From: Hormiphora californensis
Taxonomy: Eukaryota > Animalia > Ctenophora
Direction of reading: 5' to 3'
Assembly (NCBI GenBank): GCA_020137815.1
Contig: CM035362.1
Span: 3,472,001 to 3,536,000, forward strand
DNA: 64,000 nucleotides
Shown here: in pieces, positions 12,101 through 59,071 of the stretch
Layout of the letters: every line of letters starts with the position of its first letter
Numbering within the stretch: the first letter of the stretch is position 1
Notes under the pieces: model-generated
What the model saw: the letters and a program-made list of their open reading frames with translations, nothing else
Databases searched by the model: none
What the model was told of the DNA's origin: nothing
Made by a program: the position numbers and the translations under genes

Positions 12101-15100
12101 TTTAAAATTTGGGGGTGGCCCCTGAGGACACTCTGGGGGGTAGAGATTTTAGAGGGAGGTCCTGCGGAACTCTGGGGGGTTAAAAGGGTTTTTGTAGAAT
12201 GTGGAGGTCCCTGCGGAATTGGGGGGGGGTACGAGTGTTAGAATGTGGTAGGTCCCTGCAGGGACACTCTGGGGGTAGAGAGGTTAGAGTGGGATTTCCG
12301 CAGACACTCTGGGGGGGTAGGTGTAGATGTGGAGGCCCTGCAGGACACCTGGGGGTAGAGGTGTAGATTGGTAGTCCTGAGGACACTCGGGGGTGAGGTG
12401 TTAGAAGTGGTAGTCTGCAGGGACATCTGGGGTAGAGAGTGTTAGAATGTGGTAGTCCCTGCAGGACACTCTGGGGGTAGAGAGTGTTAGAATGTGGTAG
12501 GTCCCTGCAGGACACTCTGGGGGTAGAGAGTGTTAGAATGTGGTAGGTCCCTGCAGGACACTCTGGGGGGTAGAGAGTGTTAGAATGTGGTAGGTCCCTG
12601 CAGGACACTCTGGGGGGTAGAGAGTGTTAGAATGTGGTAGGTCCCTGCAGGACACTCTGGGGGTAGAGAGTGTTAGAATGTGGTAGGTCCCTGCAGGACA
12701 CTCTGGGGGGTAGAGAGTGTTAGAATGTGGTAGGTCCCTGCAGGACACTCTGGGGGGTAGAGAGTGTTAGAATGTGGTAGGTCCCTGCAGGACACTCTGG
12801 GGGGTAGAGAGTGTTAGAATGTGGTAGGTCCCTGCAGGACACTCTGGGGGGTAGAGAGTGTTAGAATGTGGTAGGTCCCTGCAGGACACTCTGGGGGGTA
12901 GAGTGTTAGAATGTGGTAGGTCCCTGCTGGACACTCTGGGGGGTAGAGAGTGTTAGAATGTGGTAGGTCCCTGCAGGACACTCTGGGGGTAGAGTGTTAG
13001 AATGTGGTAGGTCCCTGTAGGACACTCTGGGGGGGTAGAGAGTTTTAGAATGTGGTAGGTCCCTGCAGGACACTCTGGGGGGTAGAGAGTGTTAGAATGT
13101 GGTAGGTCCCTGCATGGACACTCTGGGGGGTAGAGAGTGTTAGAATGTGGTAGGTCCCTGCAGGACACTCTGGGGGGTAGAGAGTGTTAGAATGTGGTAG
13201 GTCCCTGCAGGACACTCTGGGGGGTAGAGAGTGTTAGAATGTGGTAGGTCCCTGCAGGACACTCTGGGGGGTAGAGAGTGTTAGAATGTGGTAGGTCCCT
13301 GCAGGACACTCTGGGGGGTAGAGAGTGTTAGAATGTGGTAGGTCCCTGCAGGACACTCTGGGGGGTAGAGAGTGTTAGAATGTGGTAGGTCCCTGCAGGA
13401 CACTCTGGGGGGTAGAGAGTGTTAGAATGTGGTAGGTCCCTGCAGGACACTCTGGGGGGTAGAGAGTGTTAGAATGTGGTAGGTCCCTGCTGGACACTCT
13501 GGGGGGTAGAGAGTGTTAGAATGTGGTAGGTCCCTGCAGGACACTCTGGGGGGTAGAGAGTGTTAGAATGTGGTAGGTCCCTGCAGGGCACTCTGGGGGG
13601 GGGGTGTTAGAATGTGGTAGGTCCCTGCAGGACACTCTGGGGGGTAGAGAGTGTTAGAATGTGGTAGGTCCCTGCAGGACACTCTGGGGGGGGGGGTAGA
13701 GAGTGTTAGAATGTGGTAGGTCCCTGCTGGACACTCTGGGGGGGGGGGTTAGAATGTGGTAGGTCCCTGCTGGACACTCTGGGGGTAGAGAGTGTTAGAA
13801 TGTGGTAGGTCCCTGCAGGACACTCTGGGGGGTAGAGAGTGTTAGAATGTGGTAGGTCCCTGCAGGACACTCTGGGGGGTAGAGAGTGTTAGAATGTGGT
13901 AGGTCCCTGCAGGACACTCTGGGGGGTAGAGAGTGTTAGAATGTGGTAGGTCCCTGCAGGACACTCTGGGGGGTAGAGAGTGTTAGAATGTGGTAGGTCC
14001 CTGCAGGACACTCTGGGGGGTAGAGAGTGTTAGAATGTGGTAGGTCCCTGCAGGACACTCTGGGGGGTAGAGAGTGTTAGAATGTGGTAGGTCCCTGCAG
14101 GACACTCTGGGGGGTAGAGAGTGTTAGAATGTGGTAGGTCCCTGCAGGACACTCTGGGGGTAGAGAGTGTTAGAATGTGGTAGGTCCCTGCAGGACACTC
14201 TGGGGGGTAGAGAGTGTTAGAATGTGGTAGGTCCCTGCAGGACACTCTGGGGGTAGAGAGTGTTAGAATGTGGTAGGTCCCTGCAGGACACTCTGGGGGG
14301 TAGAGAGTGTTAGAATGTGGTAGGTCCCTGCAGGACACTCTGGGGGGTAGAGAGTGTTAGAATGTGGTAGGTCCCTGCAGGACACTCTGGGGGGTAGAGA
14401 GTGTTAGAATGTGGTAGGTCCCTGCAGGACACTCTGGGGGGTAGAGAGTGTTAGAATGTGGTAGGTCCCTGCAGGACACTCTGGGGGGTAGAGAGTGTTA
14501 GAATGTGGTAGGTCCCTGCAGGACACTCTGGGGGGTAGAGAGTGTTAGAATGTGGTAGGTCCCTGCAGGACACTCTGGGGGGTAGAGAGTGTTAGAATGT
14601 GGTAGGTCCCTGCAGGACACTCTGGGGGGTAGAGAGTGTTAGAATGTGGTAGGTCCCTGCAGGACACTCTGGGGGGTAGAGAGTGTTAGAATGTGGTAGG
14701 TCCCTGCAGGACACTCTGGGGGGTAGAGAGTGTTAGAATGTGGTAGGTCCCTGCAGGACACTCTGGGGGGTAGAGAGTGTTAGAATGTGGTAGGTCCCTG
14801 CAGGACACTCTGGGGGGTAGAGAGTGTTAGAATGTGGTAGGTCCCTGCAGGACACTCTGGGGGGTAGAGAGTGTTAGAATGTGGTAGGTCCCTGCAGGAC
14901 ACTCTGGGGGGTAGAGAGTGTTAGAATGTGGTAGGTCCCTGCAGGACACTCTGGGGGTAGAGAGTGTTAGAATGTGGTAGGTCCCTGCAGGACACTCTGG
15001 GGGGTAGAGAGTGTTAGAATGTGGTAGGTCCCTGCAGGACACTCTGGGGGGTAGAGAGTGTTAGAATGTGGTAGGTCCCTGCAGGACACTCTGGGGGGTA

Positions 15101-17919
15101 GAGAGTGTTAGAATGTGGTAGGTCCCTGCAGGACACTCTGGGGGGTAGAGAGTGTTAGAATGTGGTAGGTCCCTGCAGGACACTCTGGGGGGTAGAGAGT
15201 GTTAGAATGTGGTAGGTCCCTGCAGGACACTCTGGGGGTAGAGAGTGTTAGAATGTGGTAGGTCCCTGCAGGACACTCTGGGGGGTAGAGAGTGTTAGAA
15301 TGTGGTAGGTCCCTGCAGGACACTCTGGGGGGTAGAGAGTGTTAGAATGTGGTAGGTCCCTGCAGGACACTCTGGGGGTAGAGAGTGTTAGAATGTGGTA
15401 GGTCCCTGCAGGACACTCTGGGGGGTAGAGAGTGTTAGAATGTGGTAGGTCCCTGCAGGACACTCTGGGGGGTAGAGAGTGTTAGAATGTGGTAGGTCCC
15501 TGCGGGACACTCTGGGGGGTAGAGAGTGTTAGAATGTGGTAGGTCCCTGCAGGACACTCTGGGGGGTAGAGAGTGTTAGAATGTGGTAGGTCCCTGCAGG
15601 ACACTCTGGGGGGTAGAGAGTGTTAGAATGTGGTAGGTCCCTGCAGGACACTCTGGAGGGTAGAGAGTGTTAGAATGTGGTAGGTCCCTGCTGGACACTC
15701 TGGGGGGTATAGTGTTAGAATGTGGTAGGTCCCTGCAGGACACTCTGGGGGGGTAGAGAGTGTTAGAATGTGGTAGGTCCCTGCAGGACACTCTGGGGGG
15801 TAGAGAGTGTTAGAATGTGGTAGGTCCCTGCTGGACACTCTGGGGGGTAGAGAGTGTTAGAATGTGGTAGGTCCCTGCTGGACACTCTGGGGGGTATAGT
15901 GTTAGAATGTGGTAGGTCCCTGCAGGACACTCTGGGGGGGTAGAGAGTGTTAGAATGTGGTAGGTCCCTGCAGGACACTCTGGGGGGTAGAGAGTGTTAG
16001 AATGTGGTAGGTCCCTGCAGGACACTCTGGGGGGTAGAGAGTGTTAGAATGTGGTAGGTCCCTGCAGGACACTCTGGGGGGTAGAGAGTGTTAGAATGTG
16101 GTAGGTCCCTGCAGGACACTCTGGGGGGTAGAGAGTGTTAGAATGTGGTAGGTCCCTGCAGGACACTCTGGGGGGTAGAGAGTGTTAGAATGTGGTAGGT
16201 CCCTGCAGGACACTCTGGGGGGTAGAGAGTGTTAGAATGTGGTAGGTCCCTGCAGGACACTCTGGGGGGTAGAGGGTGTTAGAATGTGGTAGGTCCCTGC
16301 AGGACACTCTGGGGGGTAGAGAGTGTTAGAATGTGGTAGGTCCCTGCAGGACACTCTGGGGGGTAGAGAGTGTTAGAATGTGGTAGGTCCCTGCTGGACA
16401 CTCTGGGGGGTAGAGAGTGTTAGAAACAATAGGTAGAGCAATGGACGCGTAACCCAGAGTTTGTCGGTGATAGCCCCTCCCTGAACAGATTCATGATATG
16501 GGGGTAGAATGTGGTGAAAAGATGTTAGTTTTGAGGGCGGGGGTGTCAGTTAGGGGGGTAGAGTGACGAGTGTTAGAATGTGGTAAATGTTAGTTTTGAG
16601 GGGGGGGGTTAAAATTTGTCAGTTTTTTGGTGGGAAGGATTGGAGCATTTAGGGGGGGGTATGTGTCGATCAAAGATGTGTCAGAATCTACAAAGTTGAT
16701 GCATATAGGAGATGACAATGAGAATGAAATGAAATAATGCAATATCCCTCGATCCTTTTACTGCACACATTGCAGGGGGGGGCATATCTCATGCAAAAAT
16801 GCCAAGGATTATAAAATTCAGGCGCCCTGTTTTGCAGAATTTATGCTCCAGAAACCTCCTCTCTTGTGTAAACAAATAAATCGTATTGAAGTGAGAAGCT
16901 GTGCAATGGTTCCACGGTATACAGGAACCGACTGACACAAGTAAACAACCAATCAGAACTAGTTATTTAGGTCACGTGACTGGTTATCAACCAATCAGGG
17001 ACCAGTATTTCCTGATTCGGTCGGTTCCTGTATAACAGTCAAACCTCGATTTACCGGGGGCTCCTCAGGGGAAGGATAAATACACGGTATATCGAGGTAC
17101 ACGATAAATAGAGGTTTTATTTCACATAAAATGAGAAAGTTGGGGGTAAATTATCCGCCCGGTAAATCGAGGTCTGGTAAATCGAGGTTTGGTAAAATCG
17201 AGGTTTGGTAAAATCGAGGTTTGGTAAATCGATGTTCGGTTCATGCGAGGTTTACTTACTTGGAATGCAACTGGTGTGATCATCGTTGTTTGTAAATCCA
17301 TCACCACAGTAGCTACACTCGGTCATTTCCCAGTCTTGTTGATTCACATAGTCTGACCGACATGTTGAGCAGGATCCACCCGAGGATCCCTGGCCGTCAG
17401 GACAATACGCACCTGGAAGGGGGAGTAGGAGGGGAGTATTATAGGAAAGGGGGGGGGGTATTAGGAAAGAGGTGCGCGGTGGGGGTTCATATTGGGGGGT
17501 GTTTTAGGAAAGAGGGGGGTTCATACATGGGGGGGGTGTTTTAGGAAAGAGGGGGTTCATTTGGGGGGGGGGGGTGTTTTAGTTTAAAATATGAGCCCCC
17601 TCCTAAAACTTTTAGGAAAGAGGGGGTTCATATTGGGGGGGGGGGGGGGTTAGGAAAGAGGGACCCAGGAACCCACTACTTCTTATCTAGCAACACGCGG
17701 CGGCGGGTTTACAAAACTGCATAAATTATGTTTGCATACGCAAAGTTATTTCGCACCAATGTGTGTCCTGAATTAAGCCAGATATCTTATAGGACCCTAA
17801 ATAATAGGACCCAAAATGTCAGTAGCTAGACAGCTTGATCATTGGGTAAATTCAGTCGAGAACTTACCTGCTACTAACGAGCAGAGGAGGGAGAGAAGAA
17901 CAACGAAACGGGGGATCAT
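1..17919 (-). CDS. Secreted multi-exon protein: signal peptide, Cys-rich GCC2/GCC3 (Ephrin_rec_like-type) repeats, Thr/Pro/Glu mucin-like linker, Ig-like segment, VWD domain; 3' end lies beyond the window
   Basis: Exon 1 17868-17919 reads MIPRFVVLLSLLCSLVA (signal peptide) then GTAAGT. Exon 17260-17412 reads GAYCPDGQG..CSYCGDGFTNNDDHTSCIP. Exon 8552-8722 reads CPAGTYHADIDECEPCPIGQYSAANSYYCDSCPDGQTT. Further CPxxTYS..C..CP exons at about 7395-7545, 6868-7161, 6237-6565, 5926-6112 and 3319-3399. TEAPEQ repeats in exon 2788-3101. VWD start CTVVGDPHFKTFD (516-576) + GKFYSYQGECSYVLAMDC (146-212). GT-AG boundaries. A probable 1-bp indel lies near 7530. Confidence 0.85.
324..432. mobile_element. ~108-bp hAT-type MITE (CAGGAACCGACCGA termini); further copies at ~1239-1313, 16922-17030, 20659-20771, 55336-55415, 58110-58219, 62002-62110
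   Basis: TIR caggaaccgaccga...tcggtcggttcctg, near-identical across 7 copies. The 62002 copy has an 8-bp TSD gtgaaaat, typical of hAT. Confidence 0.8.
825..877. repeat. Short dispersed element (tgttctaaccctcc...gggtcgagctaggcaa); copies at ~2072-2129, 25465-25535, 32128-32205, 50680-50757, 57203-57255
   Basis: The same two terminal motifs recur with a variable core, in both orientations, in introns of all three large genes. Confidence 0.6.
2299..2696. repeat. 21-bp intronic minisatellite (gttactatggggttaccaagg-like); related units at 7181-7381
   Basis: About 19 tandem units visible; source of the repetitive ORFs at 2269-2716. Confidence 0.9.
3471..5871 (+). mobile_element. Non-autonomous Mutator/MULE DNA transposon with a transposase remnant
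   Basis: ~260-bp TIRs (3477-3736 / 5606-5866) and 9-bp TSD ccactcaag (3462-3470, 5872-5880). ORF 3859-4272 has the MULE motif TDFEKAELRAIREVFP..QGCHYHYCQ. Confidence 0.85.
4750..5115 (+). pseudogene. Non-LTR retrotransposon (LINE) APE-type endonuclease fragment inside the MULE
   Basis: IGTLNCRTL, LAIQEHR, GGVG, SPRILKV and VYSPT are canonical LINE endonuclease N-terminal motifs; truncated, no RT. Confidence 0.75.
7536..7872 (-). repeat. ~38-41-bp tandem repeat containing the 3' splice site of the adjacent exon, ~9 copies
   Basis: Minus-strand unit TAACCTCTCTAACCCCTTCTCCAG|TTGTAACCTG; the last copy runs into the coding exon. Confidence 0.8.
8037..8614 (-). repeat. 72-bp tandem repeat = exon 3' end + GTAAGT donor, 8 copies
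   Basis: acttacc motif at ~8040, 8112, 8184, 8258, 8330, 8402, 8474, 8546. The minus-strand unit encodes QTTAGTGSTSSSACINDDGSVGK* and includes the donor. Confidence 0.92.
8701..16425 (-). repeat. 47-bp minisatellite, ~160 copies, each = branch point + pyrimidine tract + CAG + first 22 nt of the exon
   Basis: Minus-strand unit AGTGTCCTGCAGGGACCTACCACATTCTAACACTCTCTACCCCCCAG; fills most of the 8.5-kb intron 8723-17259. Confidence 0.95.
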
Positions 17920-18382
17920 CTTTACAACAAAAAAGTGAGTTGCCCCTTCCCCCTCCTCTCACCTACCATTCTGCTTCCTGACTGATCCAGCCGGAATATA
18001 TATTATAACTAAATCTCATCAGGGCGGAGTTAAGTTTGTTCAGGGGGGGGGGGAGTGAAAATCGGATTGACTGCACTGTTATTTTATATCTATCTCACTC
18101 ACAAGGATGAAATATCTTCTCCAATCACCCCCAACCCTCTCTCTTTCTCAACTATAATATCAATAGAATCTTCTCCTATCCTTCTCCTATTTATATATCA
18201 CACCCCTCTTTCCCAACTAATATCAATAGAGCAGCTACTCTGCAGAAGGATCAAAGATACTGCCCGACAAGATAACCGTAACTTAGTTACTGTAACTAGA
18301 TTCCTCGATCGACATATTTTGCAGATAATAATATTTTAGTTCGTATGAAATTGAATATATGGATCATTGATATGTTTCTGGT

Positions 18383-18450
18383 CTGTCTGGCGCCGCGGAC
18401 CCCATCTGAGCGCATCTGAGAATCAAATCGGGGTATGGCGCCGCCAAACA
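18383..18450. repeat. ~70-bp dispersed element (ctgtctggcgccgcggaccccatctgagc...ggcgccgcca); copies at 20334-20406, 38862-38935, 39425-39462
   Basis: Recognisably similar copies in both orientations. Confidence 0.65.
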
Positions 18451-19213
18451 GCTTCTGGTCGGGTAGTGAGGGCGGAGGCATTGGGGGGTTTGTCACTGTG
18501 AAATCCGAGAGTCGTATACTAATTAAAATTAAAATTAATAATGGACGTGAATAAACGTGCGTAGTACCTCACTACCTCATCACAGGTCACATAAAGACAG
18601 CGGGACACCCTGTGCTAGTGCTGACATCATTTCTGGCGAAAACCACTCCGGTGACAGTGCAGTTACTGAAGTTTATCTTTTCCATGTGACCATGATTGAC
18701 CATACAGGACCATACCATGATGCTGTTCTTAATTCAATATTAGTACTGCAAAATCGTTGTTTCTCTTTAATTGTCATACCTAGGAAAGGGTACGATTTCA
18801 TGAATAAGTATCAGACTGTTTGAATGGGTTTATATGTCTTTAGGGGGTCATGACTTAAGAAAACCAAACAAAGATATGCAACAACAAGTAAAACAGTGAA
18901 ATACTAAGTCAAATTTTGATGAATATACACATCCTCTTCTTCGTCTACTATAGCATGTGTGAATGTCGCACATGTTTGTCCACAATCCTTTCCCCAATCA
19001 TTTCTGCTTAGACTTGAAACAGCGAATATAATGTTTTACTGGACCTTGAATCTTTCCTCGGCATGTCATTAGTCTCTTCAATATACAGTCAGACCCCGAA
19101 TACTACCGGTATGCTTGGGAGAACTGGAGAAGTAATAATTGCCCCGTAAATCGGGGTTCCAGTAAATCGGGGGCCGGTAAATCAAGGTCCAAAGCTGTTA
19201 CACAGCTATACCA

Positions 19214-37308
<18,095 letters not shown>

Positions 37309-37704
37309 CTCAGCTGGTATTCATATGTGTCAGAGCGGTTCAATCTTCAAGGGGAGAGTAACGAGTAAAAGATTGCACGTGCAGTGTCAGAACTGCATGG
37401 CAACAGAAATAACCGAGGATGTAAGTTTGTAGGGGTTATTAAAGCCCAAAAGAATGGTAGAATTAGTGAGTTTTAAGGCAGAATTATATCGTACTCAACC
37501 TCTAATTCGACTAACCTATCGCCTAAACAAGACTAAACAACATTGGGAATGTTTTCAAGGGTACTAACGAGTCGCTGGAAGCACTAAGAACAATCACTCT
37601 CATTCACCACGCAACCAGCAATATTTGCACGTGCAGACCAACAGTTACTGCCTTTTCGTTTTCGTTTCGTGGAATTTCGTTGTGTTATCATGCTGTGAGA
37701 TCTT

Positions 37705-40315
37705 ATGGGGTCATGCTGTGCTAAAACGGTCACCGCCTCCCGGGACGCAGTAGCCAAGCTCAAGGCAAAGTTTCCAAAAGCCAAACACGGGCAAACATGG
37801 TCCGAGTCCGAATCGAGGAGTTCCGGCTGGGAGAACCAGTACGAAGTGGGAACACAGACGGAGGAAATAGTGTTCCAACTGATGCAGAATCTTAATACCC
37901 GACTCCTCCCTATGAAGCATGGAGACACCCGTCAACGAACCGACTCAAATATGTCAACCTGGTGCCACGCTTCACAAGTAACGCTGGTGGGAGGACGGGA
38001 TTCGTCACTCAAAGAGGCAGCTGGGTCTGCTAAGAGTTTCGAAGAAGTCCTGAGTGTGATTGAGCGGGTGCAGGACATCTGTGGACGAGTCTCAGTGACA
38101 GACCAGGTGTCTCTCCTTTGCTCAGTGGGATACCTCAGGGACTATTGTGTGTTCCTGAACGAGCAACACAACAAGAACAAAATGAGGAAACGCAGTTCGG
38201 TTGAGGACCTTGGCAATCACAGCCATGTCAAATATTGGATGACAGCGTACGCAGGGGATACACAGAACCACCGGGGAGGATCAAAACGGTTTAAAAAGAT
38301 GGCCATGGCCGTTAAAATGGCTATAACCCTATCTGGTGGACGAACCGGATCGTTTTCATCCAACTCCGCGATAGGATTGACGGAAGTTTCTAGTGAAACT
38401 AAGGTAAGATTTGATCAAATGACATTTACTTGATGTAGGAGACGATTGCAGTTGTATCTTAGAATTATACACTTGAACACTATTCTGTAGGAACAATGTG
38501 ACCAATTTCTGGAGCAGAATCTGGACGAGTGGAATTTTGATCAGTTTCGATTCGATCGAATATCCTGTAACCATGGTTTGACGTTTATCTTCAAACGAAT
38601 CTTAGAGGAGAACAAATTATTTCGGGAGTTTTCAATTGACGCTCGAGAAATGATCAAATACTGCTTGTTGATCGAAGATGGATATCGGTTACACAAAAAC
38701 ACCTACCACAATGAGATACATGGGGCTGATGTACTCCAAACGGCCTACTACATACTCAAAAGTACGAAGGTGGCCAAGTGGCTCAGCAACTTGGAACTGC
38801 TTTCTTTGCTCTTTGCTGGTTAGTTTCACTATTCTATTTCACGCCCTCAATCCTCTTCTGTATGGTGGCGCCATACCCCATTTGATTGTCAAATAGGGCT
38901 ACAGTGCGCTCAGATGGGGTCGCGGCACCAGACAGATCCTCTTTAGCTTTCATATATAATTTCATCAATTCAGCCATGATACACGATGTGCAGCATACGG
39001 GAACGAACAACGGGTTTCACGTCCAGTCGCAGTCAAATCTGGCCATGCTCTACAACGACAAGAGTGTCCTGGAGAATCACCACGTGTCAACCGCCTACTC
39101 CCTTCTCAAGGTATAGTAAAACATTGATTTACCTGTCTGTCAGAGCATTGACCTGACCCTATTCTCACTGATTTACCGTACCATTATTACTAGGTTCTGG
39201 CGTGACTTGGACAATGGTTTTATGTAAAAGTAATTACTCAATTCCCAGGACGTAAACCCGTTTGTCAATATGACGCCAGCCCAGTTCAAGAGTATGCGAA
39301 GTATTGTGGTTGATTGTGTACTGGCAACGGACATGGCTGCTCACTTTCAGCAGGTCAGTTCGGGCAATTAAAGAAAAAATCATTTGAATTAATCTTTTCT
39401 AGGAGACGATGCGAGGTTCCATTAATTCTCAGTGCACTCAGATGGGGTCTGTGGCGCCAGACAGTAATTTACCACAATTGGGGTGGGGTGGGGTGGGGGG
39501 GGGGGGGTTGTAGCCCCAAAAATTTCGAACTTTTTCCGAAATACATATGTCAAAAAATGTCAAAAAATGCACAATGCTTCTTTTTGATCTAGGTGAGCAT
39601 GTTGAAGAACACAACGATAGATGTATCACTGATCGAGAGACAGGATCTGATGAACTCCATCCTTCATTGTGCGGATATATCGGGCCCATCCAAGAAATGG
39701 GAAATCCACCACGAGTGGACTGGACTTCTAATGGAAGAGTTCTTCTGTCAGGTAGATAAAAATCAGAGGTGTTAAACAGCTTACTAAGCTACACCTAGTT
39801 TAGTAAAATATGGCTTGCTGTTATTTGATGGCCGGTCGGCTTTTATCAGCGCCGTATTTGATCCAAAGATAAAATAACCCAATTCCAAACATTTTCGCTC
39901 GTTCTAGGGTGACCAAGAGAGGGAACTAGGACTAGCCGTCTCCCCACTTTGCGATCGACACGCAATTAATATTCCCAACTCTCAAATTGGATTCATCTCC
40001 TACATAACGGTTCCTGCATTTACCGCTCTCGGTGACTCCATTGACGCCGTCATGAGGGAGAAGCACGAACGAAAGTTCCTCGAAGACAGCACAAACTTTG
40101 GTGGTGCCGCACTGGCGTCAATGGCCAGATCTCGGTCCAACTTCCGGGATATGGCGGGTGGCCAAATGCCCCCGATCGAGGACGTGTACGAGGCGATGCA
40201 GTCACCGGCAGCCGTCTCAGTCTTCCATTATCGGCCAATTAAAAGGCCGTGGGACACGCATTTTAAGGAGAATGCTGACAGGTGGCTGAGTATGAAGACT
40301 GAAGAAGAGGAATAG
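37705..40315 (+). CDS. PDE1: Class I cyclic nucleotide phosphodiesterase, PDE1-like
   Basis: Exons 37705-38403, 38491-38818, 38974-39110, 39249-39353, 39593-39751, 39908-40315. Motifs YHNEIHGADV, IHDVQHTGTNNGFH..LYNDKSVLENHH, LATDM, LHCADIS, EEFFCQGDQE, SPLCDR and SQIGFI. PDE1-like N-terminal segment (VKYW..., RFKKMAMAV). Confidence 0.88.
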
Positions 40316-40471
40316 GACAGTAATTGTTAATTTATATTTTGTTAATAAAACTAAACCTGATTTAAAAAAATACGCACATACTTTTACTTTACGCGGGCGG
40401 ACAGACAAACGAGTGATAAATCAAGTGTGTTCAGTGTTGGATGAGAGAGAGAGAGAGAGAGAGAGGGAGAG

Positions 40472-40632
<161 letters not shown>

Positions 40633-41490
40633 GAGAGATTGAAATGAGAAATCTGTACACAGATTGCACTGTGGGGGGTACGTGCGCCCAGCTGAGATCT
40701 TGTTGCCATGGGCTTGTAGGAGGATTTGGAGAGGGAGAAAAAGCTAGGATGTACAAGCACAAGTAGCCTAGTTATGTACGCTTAATGTTAATGGGCTTAG
40801 ATAAATTACTCATAAAACTGTATGAATTTTCCGGGAATTAATTCTATAGAGGTATTCTGAAGAAAGTTGTACGCCAAGAATATTGGCATAAAATTAAAAC
40901 CAGACTTATGAAATTGCATCTTTGCATCCGATTTTGCATCCTTCCGGGAAACTTGAAACAAAAAGTTAATAAAGTCGTAAGGAATTACATGTTATAACAA
41001 TTTCAAATTGAATAATTTTCGATCGCTTGTTCATTAATTAATAGTGTTATTATTTACGCTAATAATGATACAGACATAAATACACACACACAACCCTGTA
41101 TACAAACAACACTGAAATAAGTTTAATTATCACAATTCTACCACTAAAACTACTTAGTAGAGTTTATAAATAGTTTCCAAAATCTATCATATATTCTACA
41201 CTGTTCCTAACAAACTGAAAAATAGCACAACTAAAACAGTTGTTATATGGCGCCCCGAACTGAGCGCACAAGACTTCAAAACGTGCAACTGTTTCAGATT
41301 GTCTTGCAACCGATCAGTCTATGAGATATATTATATATCCCCACAGTCCGATCAGTCACTCTATATGAGATCTATTATCCCCGATCAGTCACTATATGAG
41401 ATCTATATATCCCCGCTCAGTCACTCTATATGAGATCTATTATCCCTGCTCAGTCACTCATACCCTGATCATTACTAAAGATTGTCTATT

Positions 41491-58394
<16,904 letters not shown>

Positions 58395-58556
58395 AGTCTA
58401 TAATGGAGTGGATATTTAGTCTATAATCTAGAACTGGAGTGGAGGGGGTTAGTCTATAATGGAGTGGAGGGGGTTAGTCTATAATCTAGTACAGGGGTGG
58501 AGGGGGTTAGTCTATAATCTATAATGGAGTGGAGGGGGTTAGTCTATAATCTAGAC
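58395..58556 (-). repeat. Tandem repeat of the AG acceptor-like region just upstream of the CAPN7 ATG
   Basis: agtctataat..gagtgg unit about 6 times; the last copy reads ccactccattatagactATG on the minus strand. Confidence 0.7.
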
Positions 58557-59071
58557 AGGGAATGTTTAAAGAGGGGTGGAGAAAGATGATCGGGAAACAA
58601 ATAATAGAGAAAGAGGAAAAAAGAGCGAAAGGGAGCAAAAGGGAGTGGCTACTGCTGGGTGGATTAGCTGGGATATTGGTATTTGGTCAAGCCATGTTTT
58701 GAAAGTAAGTAATGCAAATAACAGGGGATAAAAACGATTCCATTAATCAACTGATATTTTCAATAGAAATAGAAATATTGATATCTAAATAAAAACCAAC
58801 AGTATGAAAGGGACATGGCAACTTTACCCTATTGTACCTTTATTTTGGATATTATATGAAACATGCAATACGTCAGTTACTATTTAAGAATCATGCAATG
58901 ACACACACACACTTATCCTTGATTGGACATCAAACAATAACAATATGAGTTTCTTTTTTCCTTGTCTTTGCAACAAAAACTGCCTTCTCTCTCAATCACC
59001 GATCTCGTCGTGTTTCATGTGCTGGAACTTGGACTCACTAATTTAACTCAGAACACCAAATAACTTAAATG

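Noticed and set aside
11290-12460. Highly diverged core of the minisatellite as an ancient or distinct element
   Set aside because: Random indels and substitutions between near-perfect flanks look like unpolished long-read sequence.
8701-16425. CRISPR array or repetitive protein-coding ORFs
   Set aside because: Head-to-tail units with no unique spacers, eukaryotic context, and a 47-bp period that forces stops; the many short ORFs are artefacts.
8701-16425. Classical recursive (ratchet) splice sites
   Set aside because: Ratchet points need AG|GT; these units read CAG|AGTGT and do not regenerate a donor on their own.
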